This document shows positions 53,459 to 63,156 of a stretch of 64,000 nucleotides of DNA, in pieces. Every line of letters begins with the position of its first letter. Position 1 is the first letter of the stretch. Source of the stretch: Desulfobacterales bacterium. Its GTDB lineage: Bacteria > Desulfobacterota > Desulfobacteria > Desulfobacterales > JAFDDL01. Below the pieces are notes generated by a model. That model searched no databases. It was not told the origin of the DNA and saw only the letters and a program-made list of their open reading frames with translations. The position numbers were made by a program, and so were the translations under genes. The DNA is taken from positions 4,362 through 68,361 of the forward strand of contig JAVEYW010000006.1 of NCBI GenBank assembly GCA_034003325.1, read 5' to 3'.

Positions 53459-54907
53459 TCAGGCTCTCAATTCCACCTGCCGGTCCGTTTCCGGATCATA
53501 ATACGTTATTCGGGTGTCAAATGTGTTCAGATCCAAATCCAGATGCGCCTGGTACGGCGGCAGTACCCAGGATAGTCCCAACCGGTCCTCATTGGTGTTT
53601 TGAATATGAAAGGTGCCGTTAAATGCCGGGTATCCATTTCTAAGTTCCATGAGCCGCAGCAGCCGCTGAACCACCGGTCTTTTGATTTCCTCCGCGATTT
53701 CATCAAGCGAATAATTGTGGCGGTTGATATCCCGGCCGTTTTTGGTTTGCTCCAAAAGTGCGATGTCATTTTTCCCGGCCAATAAGCCCACATAATACAC
53801 CTGCGGAATCCCCGGGGTGAAAAACTGAATTGCTCTGGCGGCGATGTAGGCATCGTCATTGCACCCCAGCGCCGAATAATAAGTGCAGTTGACCTGATAA
53901 ACATCCAGGTTCTGGTATTCGGGGCCGGAATAAAGCCGCTTGACGTTGCCGCCTTTTTCATCGAGCGTGCTTAGCGCGGCTGCAATTTCTTCCTCGGACA
54001 TTAACTTGAAGACATCCACCACACCGATACCGTCGTGGGTGTCCAGGGTGGTGATTTGTTTTTGCGGGCAGATTTTAAGCCAGTCCACCAATCGGCGGTG
54101 GGTGTGGTGATACAATGAATGGAGCACCAGCATCGGTAGGGCGAAATCATAGACCCAATAGCCTTTTTCGGCTAAGCGCAGCTGATACTCATGATTTTCA
54201 TGGACTTCAGGCAATAATTCCGCTTCAAAAGGCTCGGTATAATTTTTTATCCATTCAAGTAGCTCCCAAATCTGCGGTTCCTGAAAAAAGCAGTCGGTAC
54301 CGATTTTAACGGTCGCATAGGCAATGGCGTCCAACCGAAGCATCTTGATATCGATTCTTGCCAGGCGGATTAGATAATTTCTCATCACTTCAAGGGTTTT
54401 TGGCGATTGCCAATCCAGATCGATTTGCTCGAATTCAAAGGTGCACCAGATTTTTTCATTCGAGCCGTCGGCCCTTTGGATGACCGTAAATGGCGGGCGG
54501 GGTTTGCGTGTGTAAACCTTGTCCAGGTCCTCCACAGAAATTTCGCCGTCCGGGCTGAGCTTGTTGAAGCTTAAAAACATATCCGCGAACTCGCTGTTTG
54601 TGCCCTTTGTGATGTAATCCTGAAAAAACACCGATTGCCGGGAAATATGATTGACCATAAAGTCGATGGTAAGATCAAAGTCCTGAGCGATTTCCTCCAC
54701 ATCTCGCCATGTGCCGAAATTGGGGTCCACTTCATCGTATCGCAAGGGCGAAAATCCCCGATCGGCGGATGACGGATAAAATGGCAACAGGTGCAGGCCG
54801 CCGATGCGGTTGCGTAAATATTTTCGAAGCACGAAATGCAATTCCACCAGATTGTTCCCAAGGCTGTCCGGATAGGTGATGAGTTGGACCTGATTTTTAA
54901 GCGTCAT
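53459..54907 (-). CDS. Sucrose phosphorylase family (GH13_18) glycoside phosphorylase
   Basis: ..VQLITYPDSLG..LHLLPFYPSSADRGFSP..DFMVNHIS..LRLDAIAY..LDTHDGIGV..NRHNYS.. follows sucrose phosphorylase closely. ATGA overlap with the sps stop. Confidence 0.85.
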   Translation of the reverse strand: MTLKNQVQLITYPDSLGNNLVELHFVLRKYLRNRIGGLHLLPFYPSSADRGFSPLRYDEVDPNFGTWRDVEEIAQDFDLTIDFMVNHISRQSVFFQDYITKGTNSEFADMFLSFNKLSPDGEISVEDLDKVYTRKPRPPFTVIQRADGSNEKIWCTFEFEQIDLDWQSPKTLEVMRNYLIRLARIDIKMLRLDAIAYATVKIGTDCFFQEPQIWELLEWIKNYTEPFEAELLPEVHENHEYQLRLAEKGYWVYDFALPMLVLHSLYHHTHRRLVDWLKICPQKQITTLDTHDGIGVVDVFKLMSEEEIAAALSTLDEKGGNVKRLYSGPEYQNLDVYQVNCTYYSALGCNDDAYIAARAIQFFTPGIPQVYYVGLLAGKNDIALLEQTKNGRDINRHNYSLDEIAEEIKRPVVQRLLRLMELRNGYPAFNGTFHIQNTNEDRLGLSWVLPPYQAHLDLDLNTFDTRITYYDPETDRQVELRA

Positions 54908-57096
54908 ACGGTTCCCTCTTTTGCTTTATCAATAAACTGATAGTGATCGATCGCCTCTAAAATGCCCCCGGCGCATTCTGCCGTCGCAAAATAGACGTGT
55001 TTGGCCCCTTTGAGTTTTGCAAGTTCAGGGCTGTAATTTCCGACAACTACCGCCAGCGGATCGCCTCTGAGCATTTCTTCATCGTTTCCCGAATCCCCAC
55101 AAACCAAAATATTGGTGAGCGGAATTTCCCATTGATAGGATAGATAGCGAATCGCTTTTCCCTTTGAAGCGCGGTAGGGAAGAATGTCCAGATATCGATT
55201 ATGGGAATAAATCAGATAATAGCGGCACCTGTTATTCAACAGTGTGTTATGAATGCTTGCCACGCGGTCTTTTCCCGGATCCATGTTATAGCTGATCTTG
55301 AAGTTGCGTTGTGCCGATTCTTCCTGGTATTCAAGAAAATCGTATTTTTCAAGCAGGCGCACGATTTTTCCCCGGTCCCATTTGTCGGAAATATGGGTTT
55401 CCCACCCCTTGCCGTAATGCAATTCTTTGCCGAAATAAATTTCAGTGCCCACCGATGAGATGATGATATCGGGTTCCGGCACGCCGTGTCTTTTGAGAAA
55501 TGAGGCGGCTGAGTCGACCGTTTGTCCCGTGGCGACGGCAAAGCCGATTGTTTTTTTATTCTCTTCCATCAAAGCCAGCAGCGCGGCCAATTGATCATTA
55601 TTGCTTCCGATCAAGGTGTTGTCGATATCGGTGATGAGAAAATAATTGAGGCTGGCCAATCGACGTCCGATGGTGACGGGCGGTTCGGCGTGCTTGAGTT
55701 CACTGGTTGTTTCATCGGGCCTAAGCTGTTGCAGGGCGTTGGTGTATTCGTCGGCATGATGATGCCAAGTGTAGTGCTTTCGAACATTTAAAATGCCATT
55801 TTTTGAAAACCGATCCCAGGTTTCGCTGCTGGAGATAATGCTTTTAATTGCTTGTGACAGCGCTTTTGTATCCGAAGGATCGATTAAGATGCCGTTTTTA
55901 CAGTTTTCTATAATATCTTTGGGTCCCCCATCGTTGGTGGCGACGATGGGCGCGCCGGTGGCAGAGGCTTCCAGCAGGGTCAAGCCGAAGGGCTCTGTCA
56001 ACGCCGGGTTGACGAAAACCCCTTTTTTCCCGGCAACAATGCGGTACATTCCGGGCACTTCGTGTTCAAAGTCATGCTTCTTGGGAATGGCCATTTTCCC
56101 GTACAGGTCGTATTTGTCCATGAGCAGCAGCATTTCTGTCAAAACACCGCGCTCATTGTCTTCCATCTGGGTAATATCTTTTCTGATGCCGGCAAAAACC
56201 GCCAGGTTGGCCATGGCCTGAAGTTCCGAATCCTCCCCGTACGCTTTGATAAGCCCCCGTATATTTTTCCGTTTATCCGGTCTGCAAAGGCTGAGAATGA
56301 TCGGTTTGTCCGGATGAAGAAAAAACCGATTCAATTCGTTGAGCACGGATGCATGGGCATAGGCGGCTTGTTCATCTTTCCCGTTGGTTGGTAAAAAATC
56401 ATGATAATAAGGGTAAAATTTTTCAAGATCCAATCCCGGCGGAATCACTTTGTAGGTGGGCAGATCCTTGTTTCTGTACAAACCGTATTGCTTCTCAATT
56501 TCCTGCCGGGTACTGGTAATAATTAAATCGGCATATCGCAGGGCGTCTTCTTCGGCATAAATGCGCCGGTCTATTTTATACTTTTTGTTGATGTCCTCCT
56601 CGCTCATGCCGTCATTCAGCAGCTTTTCTTTTTTCACGCGCCCCATGGAATGGCCGGTGTAAACAAGCGGAACACCGAATATTCTTGCCAATTCCATGGC
56701 AACATAACCGCCATCGGGATAATGCCCGTGAACCACATCCGGAAGGCGGGATTCGCGCTTGATGAATCGGACGGTTTTGTCGATATATTCATCCAGGTGC
56801 GGCCATAATAATTCCTTCCGAATGTATTTTGTGCCGCCGCTACGAATTCGAACGATGCGGAATTTTTCGTTTACCACTTCGATAGGGCGCGAATAGTCTT
56901 CCGATACCGCTTTATCGGCGATCCATCGGGTAAACAGATCCACGCGATCAACCAACGCGTGTTGTGAAAGATGGCTACAAAGTTCAATGACATATTTAAT
57001 TTGACCGCCTGTATCGGCATCTCTCCCCAGTTCCATGTGGTGCGCCCGAATGAGCCCGTGAATACTGAACATCTGTATATAAAACTTATTTTTCAA
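54904..57096 (-). CDS. sps: Sucrose-phosphate synthase (GT4) fused to an SPP-like HAD-IIB domain
   Basis: ..SIHGLIRAHHMELGRDADTGGQIKYV.. SPS N-terminus. GT4 ..EPFGLTLLEA... C-terminal HAD ..FLITDIDNTL..CGDSGNDEEM... TTG 57096 (GGGGAG 8 nt upstream) overlaps the fruK stop (TTGA). ATG 57072 is an alternative. Confidence 0.85.
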   Translation of the reverse strand: MKNKFYIQMFSIHGLIRAHHMELGRDADTGGQIKYVIELCSHLSQHALVDRVDLFTRWIADKAVSEDYSRPIEVVNEKFRIVRIRSGGTKYIRKELLWPHLDEYIDKTVRFIKRESRLPDVVHGHYPDGGYVAMELARIFGVPLVYTGHSMGRVKKEKLLNDGMSEEDINKKYKIDRRIYAEEDALRYADLIITSTRQEIEKQYGLYRNKDLPTYKVIPPGLDLEKFYPYYHDFLPTNGKDEQAAYAHASVLNELNRFFLHPDKPIILSLCRPDKRKNIRGLIKAYGEDSELQAMANLAVFAGIRKDITQMEDNERGVLTEMLLLMDKYDLYGKMAIPKKHDFEHEVPGMYRIVAGKKGVFVNPALTEPFGLTLLEASATGAPIVATNDGGPKDIIENCKNGILIDPSDTKALSQAIKSIISSSETWDRFSKNGILNVRKHYTWHHHADEYTNALQQLRPDETTSELKHAEPPVTIGRRLASLNYFLITDIDNTLIGSNNDQLAALLALMEENKKTIGFAVATGQTVDSAASFLKRHGVPEPDIIISSVGTEIYFGKELHYGKGWETHISDKWDRGKIVRLLEKYDFLEYQEESAQRNFKISYNMDPGKDRVASIHNTLLNNRCRYYLIYSHNRYLDILPYRASKGKAIRYLSYQWEIPLTNILVCGDSGNDEEMLRGDPLAVVVGNYSPELAKLKGAKHVYFATAECAGGILEAIDHYQFIDKAKEGTV

Positions 57097-57998
57097 CGGA
57101 TTGTCTCCCCAAATTGTGCCCGAAATTCCGCATACATGTGCCCGGCTGCCGGAAAGGCGCCTTTTACACTGCAGATATGTGCTGAAAAGCGATTGGCGTG
57201 TATTAGTATTTTCTCCGGCGGCCATCCCGAAAGAACGCCTGCGGCCAATACGGCGCTGTAAGCATCTCCGGCGCCAACCGTGTCGGCAACGGCGACTGCT
57301 GGGGGTGCGGCAATTTCATGTCGTTGTGTTTCGGTGTATAAAGCGCTGCCGGCAGCGCCGCGAGTAACGGCCACGATGTTGATATTGAAACGCGCCATCA
57401 GCGCGGCGACGGTTTCCGGTTCATTGACATGACGAAGACGCAGATGCGCCGCAGTGATTTCAAGTTCCTCTTCATTCAGTTTTAAAATATCCGCATGGGG
57501 AAGCGATTTGATGATAATATGGGGTTGCGCGCATCCGGGGCGAAGATTCATATCATAAAGGCATAGGGTGTCCGGATGCTTTTGCGACAAAATTCGTTGA
57601 AGCGTGTCAAATCCATTGCGGGTTCTTTGCATCAGAGAACCGAAATAGATCATTCGGGGCGGCAGATGAAGCACTTCGGTTATGGTTTTATCCAATGTGA
57701 AAAAATCATACGCTGCATTTTCAATAATAACAAACCGCGGGTTTCCCTGATCCGTCAACTGTACCTCGACACGGCCCGTCGGCCGCTGACTGTCGATTTG
57801 AAGGTCCTCGGGGTTCAGGCCGGAAGCGCTTGCAAGCGCGCGAATTTCCCGGCCGAAGGCGTCTTTGCCGATGCGTGAAAAAAATCGCACCGGAAATTCA
57901 AATTGCTTGAGATGATAAGCAAAGTTGAATGGTGCCCCCCCGATTCTTTGATAATCCGGGAACACATCGACTAATATTTCTCCAATGGAAATTATCAT
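57093..57998 (-). CDS. PfkB-family sugar kinase (fructokinase-like)
   Basis: MIISIGEILVDVF..GGAPFNFAYH.. and ..DTVGAGDAYSAV.. motifs. 301 aa. Confidence 0.8.
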   Translation of the reverse strand: MIISIGEILVDVFPDYQRIGGAPFNFAYHLKQFEFPVRFFSRIGKDAFGREIRALASASGLNPEDLQIDSQRPTGRVEVQLTDQGNPRFVIIENAAYDFFTLDKTITEVLHLPPRMIYFGSLMQRTRNGFDTLQRILSQKHPDTLCLYDMNLRPGCAQPHIIIKSLPHADILKLNEEELEITAAHLRLRHVNEPETVAALMARFNINIVAVTRGAAGSALYTETQRHEIAAPPAVAVADTVGAGDAYSAVLAAGVLSGWPPEKILIHANRFSAHICSVKGAFPAAGHMYAEFRAQFGETIR

Positions 57999-58523
57999 TT
58001 AATGGGCGCTACTATAAAAAATATATTATTGAAACAAAATGTTGTAACTGTTTGCAGCACAATTTGCCCCCATTCACAGACAAGAAGCGTTCAACATGAC
58101 CGATTCCGGAAATGCGGCAATGTCGCTTGGGAAGGATGTGCGGTGACCGCCGAGTTATTTCCGGTTTCTTTACGGACAGCACGAGAAAGCAGTTTTCATC
58201 CGTCGGAAGTGTTTTTCCGAGGTATCAATGCAATAGACTATCAAAAAGAAAACAATATGTGGTCTGTAATTTGCAAAATGATGCGATAAATCAATTCATA
58301 CGGGTTTATCTGCTATTCCCGCCGCTGGTGCCTCTTAAAGCATCCATGGCAATATTCGAATTTGCGTTTACGCTAATTTTGTTATTCGTAACATGTGGAG
58401 CCTGTCACGTCAAATTTTAATTCCTCTCTTTTCGGAACAAGTACATCGCTCTTCGCAGGTTGTGACACAGCAAAAGGGAAAGCTGCTTTCAGCCATGTTG
58501 CACTCAAAAGACCCAAGCAAAAA

Positions 58524-58632
58524 GGCCTAATCCGGCAAAGCCGAATGCTGGGATGCTGGGATGCATAAAAGTCATTTTCACCATCGGCGAACATACACGC
58601 AAAGGCGTGCATGTTTCTGGTAAAGGGCCTAA
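58524..58632 (-). repeat. Intergenic repeat, subtype A, inverted orientation
   Basis: Reverse complement reads TTAGGCCCTTTACCAGAAACATGCACGCCTTTGCGTGTATGTTCGCCGATGGTGAAAATGACTTTTATGCATCCCAGCATCCCAGCATTCGGCTTTGCCGGATTAGGC. Confidence 0.9.
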
Positions 58633-58827
58633 TAAAACGAATAGTTCCGCTTTGGGTTTGGGAAACGTAACATTCGAAATCCGCACTGGAGACAATGCTC
58701 CCGTGGTCATTGCTATTCGATCATGAGGTTTTGGAATCCGGTTTAATCCTTTTGGTTTAGAAAGCAAAATTATGAACCGTTTGTTTCTTTTGCTTGCAAT
58801 TGTAAAATGGGATTTTCAACGAACAGC

Positions 58828-59787
58828 TTAACGAAAGGCGCCGGTTTGATAAAGCTTCCAAAACATATAACAGAGTCCTAAAAGGGGAGTTCGTCGCAAA
58901 TGCGCCGGGATCTCAACCGAAATTCCCGAATGGCGTTTTATTTTCCACAGGACATACTCTATGCCGCCTTTGAAGGTTAAAAGAGCCTTTAACAGACGCA
59001 ACAGGGAGAGCAGTTTGCCGTGGATAAACCTTAGTTGCCATGCCAATCGATTGATCCATCGTATTCGGGGGGGGATTTGCGCTTGCCAGTGGCAGGCAGC
59101 ATCGCGGGCAACCATGTTAACGGCATACGGAAATGCTTTTACCACGATTCTGGTCAGTTGCTCGTAATATGGCGAGTGCCGTTCGAACAAACGCACCAGT
59201 TTTTCCGGACGCTCAGCACGCAATTCAGCGCGATAGCTTAACGACAGCCCCCGACACCACAACATGCGCGCGTCAAATTGCGCCGGCATGTTCGGCAGGG
59301 CGCGGGTTACCAGCGTGATGACCGCTTGGGAAAAGGCGGTGTATATTCGGTCGGCAACCGACTCATCGCGACAAAATACAATTCCGGTGGGCTGGGCGAA
59401 TCTGCCCCACAAATAGGAATGGAACCAGCCTGTCGAGGTTCCCTGTTGAAAATCCGCCAGAGAGACAATGGCGTATTTGGCGCGTATGACGCTGTTTTCA
59501 CCATTGGCTTCCATATAAAAGACATTCGGCGGCAACAACTGATTTAGCATCCCATGCAGCGGGTTGCGATAGGCATGGCGGTAGCTGTCCACCAACAAAT
59601 AGAGATCCACCAAACCGTCATTGGCATCTTGATTTCGCAAACATGAGCCGTAAACCAAAATAGCCTGAACGGCGTTTCCGTACCGGGCCAATAAGGTATC
59701 GCGAAGGATGTCGATGCCGGGCAGAACCATTTTCGAGGTTTGGTTACGGATCAATGCCTTGAGCTGCGGGAAGATTTCCATAGTCAC
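58828..59787 (-). CDS. Tam41/Mmp37-like nucleotidyltransferase (candidate CDP-diacylglycerol synthase type)
   Basis: ..ILVYGSCLRNQ..GLVDLYLLVD..NVFYMEANGENSVIRAKYAIVSLADF..YLWGRFAQP.. parallels the Tam41 pattern YGSG..iDli..V..vyfn..vKYGVVS..YLAGRLqKP. 319 aa. ATGA overlap with the upstream gene. Confidence 0.65.
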   Translation of the reverse strand: MTMEIFPQLKALIRNQTSKMVLPGIDILRDTLLARYGNAVQAILVYGSCLRNQDANDGLVDLYLLVDSYRHAYRNPLHGMLNQLLPPNVFYMEANGENSVIRAKYAIVSLADFQQGTSTGWFHSYLWGRFAQPTGIVFCRDESVADRIYTAFSQAVITLVTRALPNMPAQFDARMLWCRGLSLSYRAELRAERPEKLVRLFERHSPYYEQLTRIVVKAFPYAVNMVARDAACHWQAQIPPRIRWINRLAWQLRFIHGKLLSLLRLLKALLTFKGGIEYVLWKIKRHSGISVEIPAHLRRTPLLGLCYMFWKLYQTGAFR

Positions 59788-60833
59788 CCTATGAGAAATG
59801 ATGCGGGGGCGCCGTTGGTTATGACGACGTGCTGCCCCGACGATGAAGGCGGATGCAATTGCCCATCCAACGCGAATCCACCGGAGATTTGCAAACGCAC
59901 CTCATTGGCGTTATGGCTGAAATAACCGTATTCCGGTTTTCGGTAGCGAGAGGCTTTGCCAAAGGCCAATAACGAAAAAACTTGTGCCATATGTTCCGGC
60001 CGATCATGGATCAAGGTGACGTGCAGGGGCGCTTTCTCCACTCCCCAGAAAGGCCGCAACCCGAAAAACAGGCGGTCAACCGTCGTGATCAATACCATCA
60101 GAAAATCATTCTTCAGGTTCAATCCCTGATCCGTGCGAATCGATATGGGAACGGCCTGCCGATAAGTAGCCTCTCCGCGGATAACACCCAGCACATATCT
60201 TGCGGCTGTCAACCCGGGCGCCCATTCACCCCCTACCCCCTTTGCATGAAGATTTCGATGACAAAACTCACTGGCCTCATAAATAACGGCTGCGCCAAAA
60301 ATCATTCCGTACAGCGGATAATCGAGGGCAGGCACGTCCGCTTTCATAACCGTCCGCTGAACCATACGCCATGGCCCCTCTCTTTTGCTCACCCAATTGA
60401 GCAATCTGGTTAACGCCTGATCGCGTGCGCCCCTGAGCCCTGAATCTCGGGCGATGATACTGTCGGTTCCCCCACGCAACAAGGCTAACAGCGGTATGTT
60501 TTTGAATGGTTTCCAGAAAAACATGGCGGTAAGAACGGTTTGAACGGTTCCGTCTCCACCGTTAATCACCACGAGGTTAATGCCATTACGCGCAAATTCT
60601 TTTAAAGCCGTTAGGGTATCGGTCACCGTCGTTGCCTCGAGATGCAGTACCTGCGGATGACGGCTTATTATTTTGTTAACTTCCCGCAGCCCCTTTTTGT
60701 TGCCGCCGCTGGATGGGTTGCTGATGACACCGGCTCGCAACGGTATATTCGGAGATAACTTAAAAGCGTTGTATCCCGAATCCTCAGGCTTGAAGGTTGC
60801 TGAGGAACGAGAATATTCCCCTGTTTTATTCAA
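59784..60833 (-). CDS. Diacylglycerol-kinase-catalytic-domain (DAGK_cat / YegS-BmrU-like) lipid kinase
   Basis: TTG start with AAAGGGG upstream. ..GVISNPSSGGNKKG.. and ..VVINGGDGTVQTVL.. motifs. Confidence 0.75.
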   Translation of the reverse strand: MNKTGEYSRSSATFKPEDSGYNAFKLSPNIPLRAGVISNPSSGGNKKGLREVNKIISRHPQVLHLEATTVTDTLTALKEFARNGINLVVINGGDGTVQTVLTAMFFWKPFKNIPLLALLRGGTDSIIARDSGLRGARDQALTRLLNWVSKREGPWRMVQRTVMKADVPALDYPLYGMIFGAAVIYEASEFCHRNLHAKGVGGEWAPGLTAARYVLGVIRGEATYRQAVPISIRTDQGLNLKNDFLMVLITTVDRLFFGLRPFWGVEKAPLHVTLIHDRPEHMAQVFSLLAFGKASRYRKPEYGYFSHNANEVRLQISGGFALDGQLHPPSSSGQHVVITNGAPASFLIG

Positions 60834-60851
60834 AAATACCCCTTTTGCCCA

Positions 60852-62057
60852 TCAATCACTTGATGGCTGTGTAAATAATCGAACCGCAAGAGATTGATCA
60901 TACAAGGACGGGGGGATATTTGCCAGCCAGGACGCGAGCTGGCCCCGGCTGCTTTTTTCGTAACTGGCCCATGCCAGCCGCGTCAAAAGAAAAACGCTCG
61001 TCGCCACCGTCCAAAAAGCAACCGCCACCAGCCCGAGATCCGGGCGCCCCATGATGAAGCATCCCGTCAATAACATCATGTTCGGGTTGCGTCTCGCCGT
61101 AATTAGCCTGAAATAGGAATCCACCGGGCGCCAGCAAAAAATGCCGAATTTCCCCAGGCGCCATTTAAAGGCGCCTTCGGTTAATCGGCCGGCAATATAC
61201 CCGGTCACAATCAGCCATAAAGCAGTATGTACCGAAATTCCAAACCCATTCAGGTGAGACGTTTTTAGGCCGATGCCCCACAGAATATACCAGATCGGCG
61301 GGTGAAAGAGATCCGTCAGGTGGTCAAAATAGTGTCCAAAGCGGCTCGACGTGACGGTTACCCTCGCCAATTTTCCATCCACGGTATCCAAAAAGGTCAT
61401 CAGCCATCCCGTCAACAATCCCCAGCCGAAATGACCCATGGCAAACAATATTCCGGAGAGTATGACCAGCAACAGGCCTGTCAGCGTTACCAGGTTCGGC
61501 CGAATTCCGTAACGAACACACTGACCGACCATCCATTGCGCCGGAATGGGCCAAACCCATTTGGTAACCAAATCCGTGACGCCTTTATAAGACCAACGGA
61601 AAAGCCGCTGTTCCAGCTTCCGCTGGTATTCCAGCGAAATCGGCAAAACAAAGGGGGGCTCCGACTTTTTTAAGCTTTGGTGTAATGAGATCGGCAAGGT
61701 TTCCAACGTCAAGGGCTGAACACCAGGCAGCGATGCCGCCATCATAGGGTTTTCGATCACTTGAATGGCTTGTTGCGCCAATTCGGCAGACACATGCGCG
61801 GCAACGGTTACCCCTGTCCGGTTTTGTGTTAGTTGCAGAACAATGCCCGGTGTTACGGCCAGGTAATTGACCAAGCGGTCATCAAACAAATAGTCGGTTC
61901 GTAAAATTAAAACGGAGTCGTTGTCATGCAAGGCGCTCAGGTCATCTATAATCATACCGACACCCGCAGCCTTTAATACGCGTTCGATGCGCTGGGACGA
62001 CGTAAGCCCCCAAATTTTAACCGGGCTTTTTTGAACGAAATAGACGCATAATGGCAT
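60852..62057 (-). CDS. CDP-alcohol phosphatidyltransferase with about 150-aa N-terminal soluble domain (degenerate nucleotidyltransferase-like)
   Basis: Signature DTVDGKLARVTVTSSRFGHYFDHLTDLF (D-x2-DG-x2-AR...G-x3-D-x3-D). Multiple TM helices. The N-terminal ..IWGLTSSQRIERVLKAAG.. resembles the NTP-transferase fold but lacks a G-x-G-x-R loop. Confidence 0.8.
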   Translation of the reverse strand: MPLCVYFVQKSPVKIWGLTSSQRIERVLKAAGVGMIIDDLSALHDNDSVLILRTDYLFDDRLVNYLAVTPGIVLQLTQNRTGVTVAAHVSAELAQQAIQVIENPMMAASLPGVQPLTLETLPISLHQSLKKSEPPFVLPISLEYQRKLEQRLFRWSYKGVTDLVTKWVWPIPAQWMVGQCVRYGIRPNLVTLTGLLLVILSGILFAMGHFGWGLLTGWLMTFLDTVDGKLARVTVTSSRFGHYFDHLTDLFHPPIWYILWGIGLKTSHLNGFGISVHTALWLIVTGYIAGRLTEGAFKWRLGKFGIFCWRPVDSYFRLITARRNPNMMLLTGCFIMGRPDLGLVAVAFWTVATSVFLLTRLAWASYEKSSRGQLASWLANIPPSLYDQSLAVRLFTQPSSD

Positions 62058-62121
62058 AGCGGTTCCTTTAATAGCGGAAATACGTTTTGCAAAACCAGCT
62101 TATTTTCCTTATAGAGGCACG

Positions 62122-63156
62122 ATGGTGTTTATCCCCTCTGATAAAACAAGTGCCGGTGACGGGAATTCTCAAGCGGATAGGGTTCCAGGCGAAGGGCGCA
62201 CATTTTCACTGGCTCATTTTTCCGACTTGCATATCACCTGCACGGACCGAATTGAACTCCATCACCTCATGAATAAGCGGCTTTTTGGCTACCTGCGATG
62301 GAAATTGCATCGGGGAGCGAAGTATCAGGATGAAATTCTTACCATCCTCAAAAAAGACTTGCAACAGATGAAGCCGAATCATGTTTTAATTACGGGTGAT
62401 TTGACCCATCTGAGCCTTCCCGCGGAATTTGAAAAAGTAGAAAAGTGGCTGCAATCCCTTAGCACACCGGCTCAAGTTACCGTCATTCCCGGTAATCATG
62501 ACGCCTATGTTCGAACCGATTGGCATCAAACTTTTTCCGGCTGGTTAAGCTATATGATTTCCGACACAGCGTATCAAACACACGAATCGGTGAACGGACT
62601 TGACGATGTGTTCCCCATCCTGCGGGTACGCGGCGATATCGCTTTAATCGGTGTGTGTACGGCGTATCCCTGTGCCCCGCATCTGGCGACCGGCCGAATG
62701 GGCGTCCCCCAATTGAAGAAATTGGAAAAAATCCTGAAACAGGCGGCTGCTCAGAACCTTTTCCGCATTATAGCGATTCACCATCCCCCCATTACCGGAA
62801 TGATCAGCAGGCGTAAACGCTTAACCGATGCATCCGCGTTACGAAGGCTTCTTGCATCTTACGGAGCGGAGCTTGTGCTGCATGGCCATACGCACGCAAC
62901 CGCCTATCATACCTTGCCAACCCCCGCTGGCGTTATCCCTGTTGTGGGCGTACCGGCGGCATCGTCATCGGACGACACCGGTAGCCGGGGCGCCCGTTAC
63001 AATGTTTATCAGGTTTCGCCCTCGGGGGACGGGTGGCGCATCAGCATTTCGGCGCGTGTTTATTCAAAAAAAGATCGCTGCTTTGTTCCGGAAAAAAACC
63101 GGTGGGTAAGCATTCCCGCTTCGGCTGATGAATATCGTTGCCCGGAAGGTTCTTAG
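62122..63156 (+). CDS. Calcineurin-like metallophosphoesterase
   Basis: Motifs HFSDLH, GDLTH, GNHD, HHPP and GHTH in canonical order. 344 aa. Confidence 0.85.
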   Translation: MVFIPSDKTSAGDGNSQADRVPGEGRTFSLAHFSDLHITCTDRIELHHLMNKRLFGYLRWKLHRGAKYQDEILTILKKDLQQMKPNHVLITGDLTHLSLPAEFEKVEKWLQSLSTPAQVTVIPGNHDAYVRTDWHQTFSGWLSYMISDTAYQTHESVNGLDDVFPILRVRGDIALIGVCTAYPCAPHLATGRMGVPQLKKLEKILKQAAAQNLFRIIAIHHPPITGMISRRKRLTDASALRRLLASYGAELVLHGHTHATAYHTLPTPAGVIPVVGVPAASSSDDTGSRGARYNVYQVSPSGDGWRISISARVYSKKDRCFVPEKNRWVSIPASADEYRCPEGS

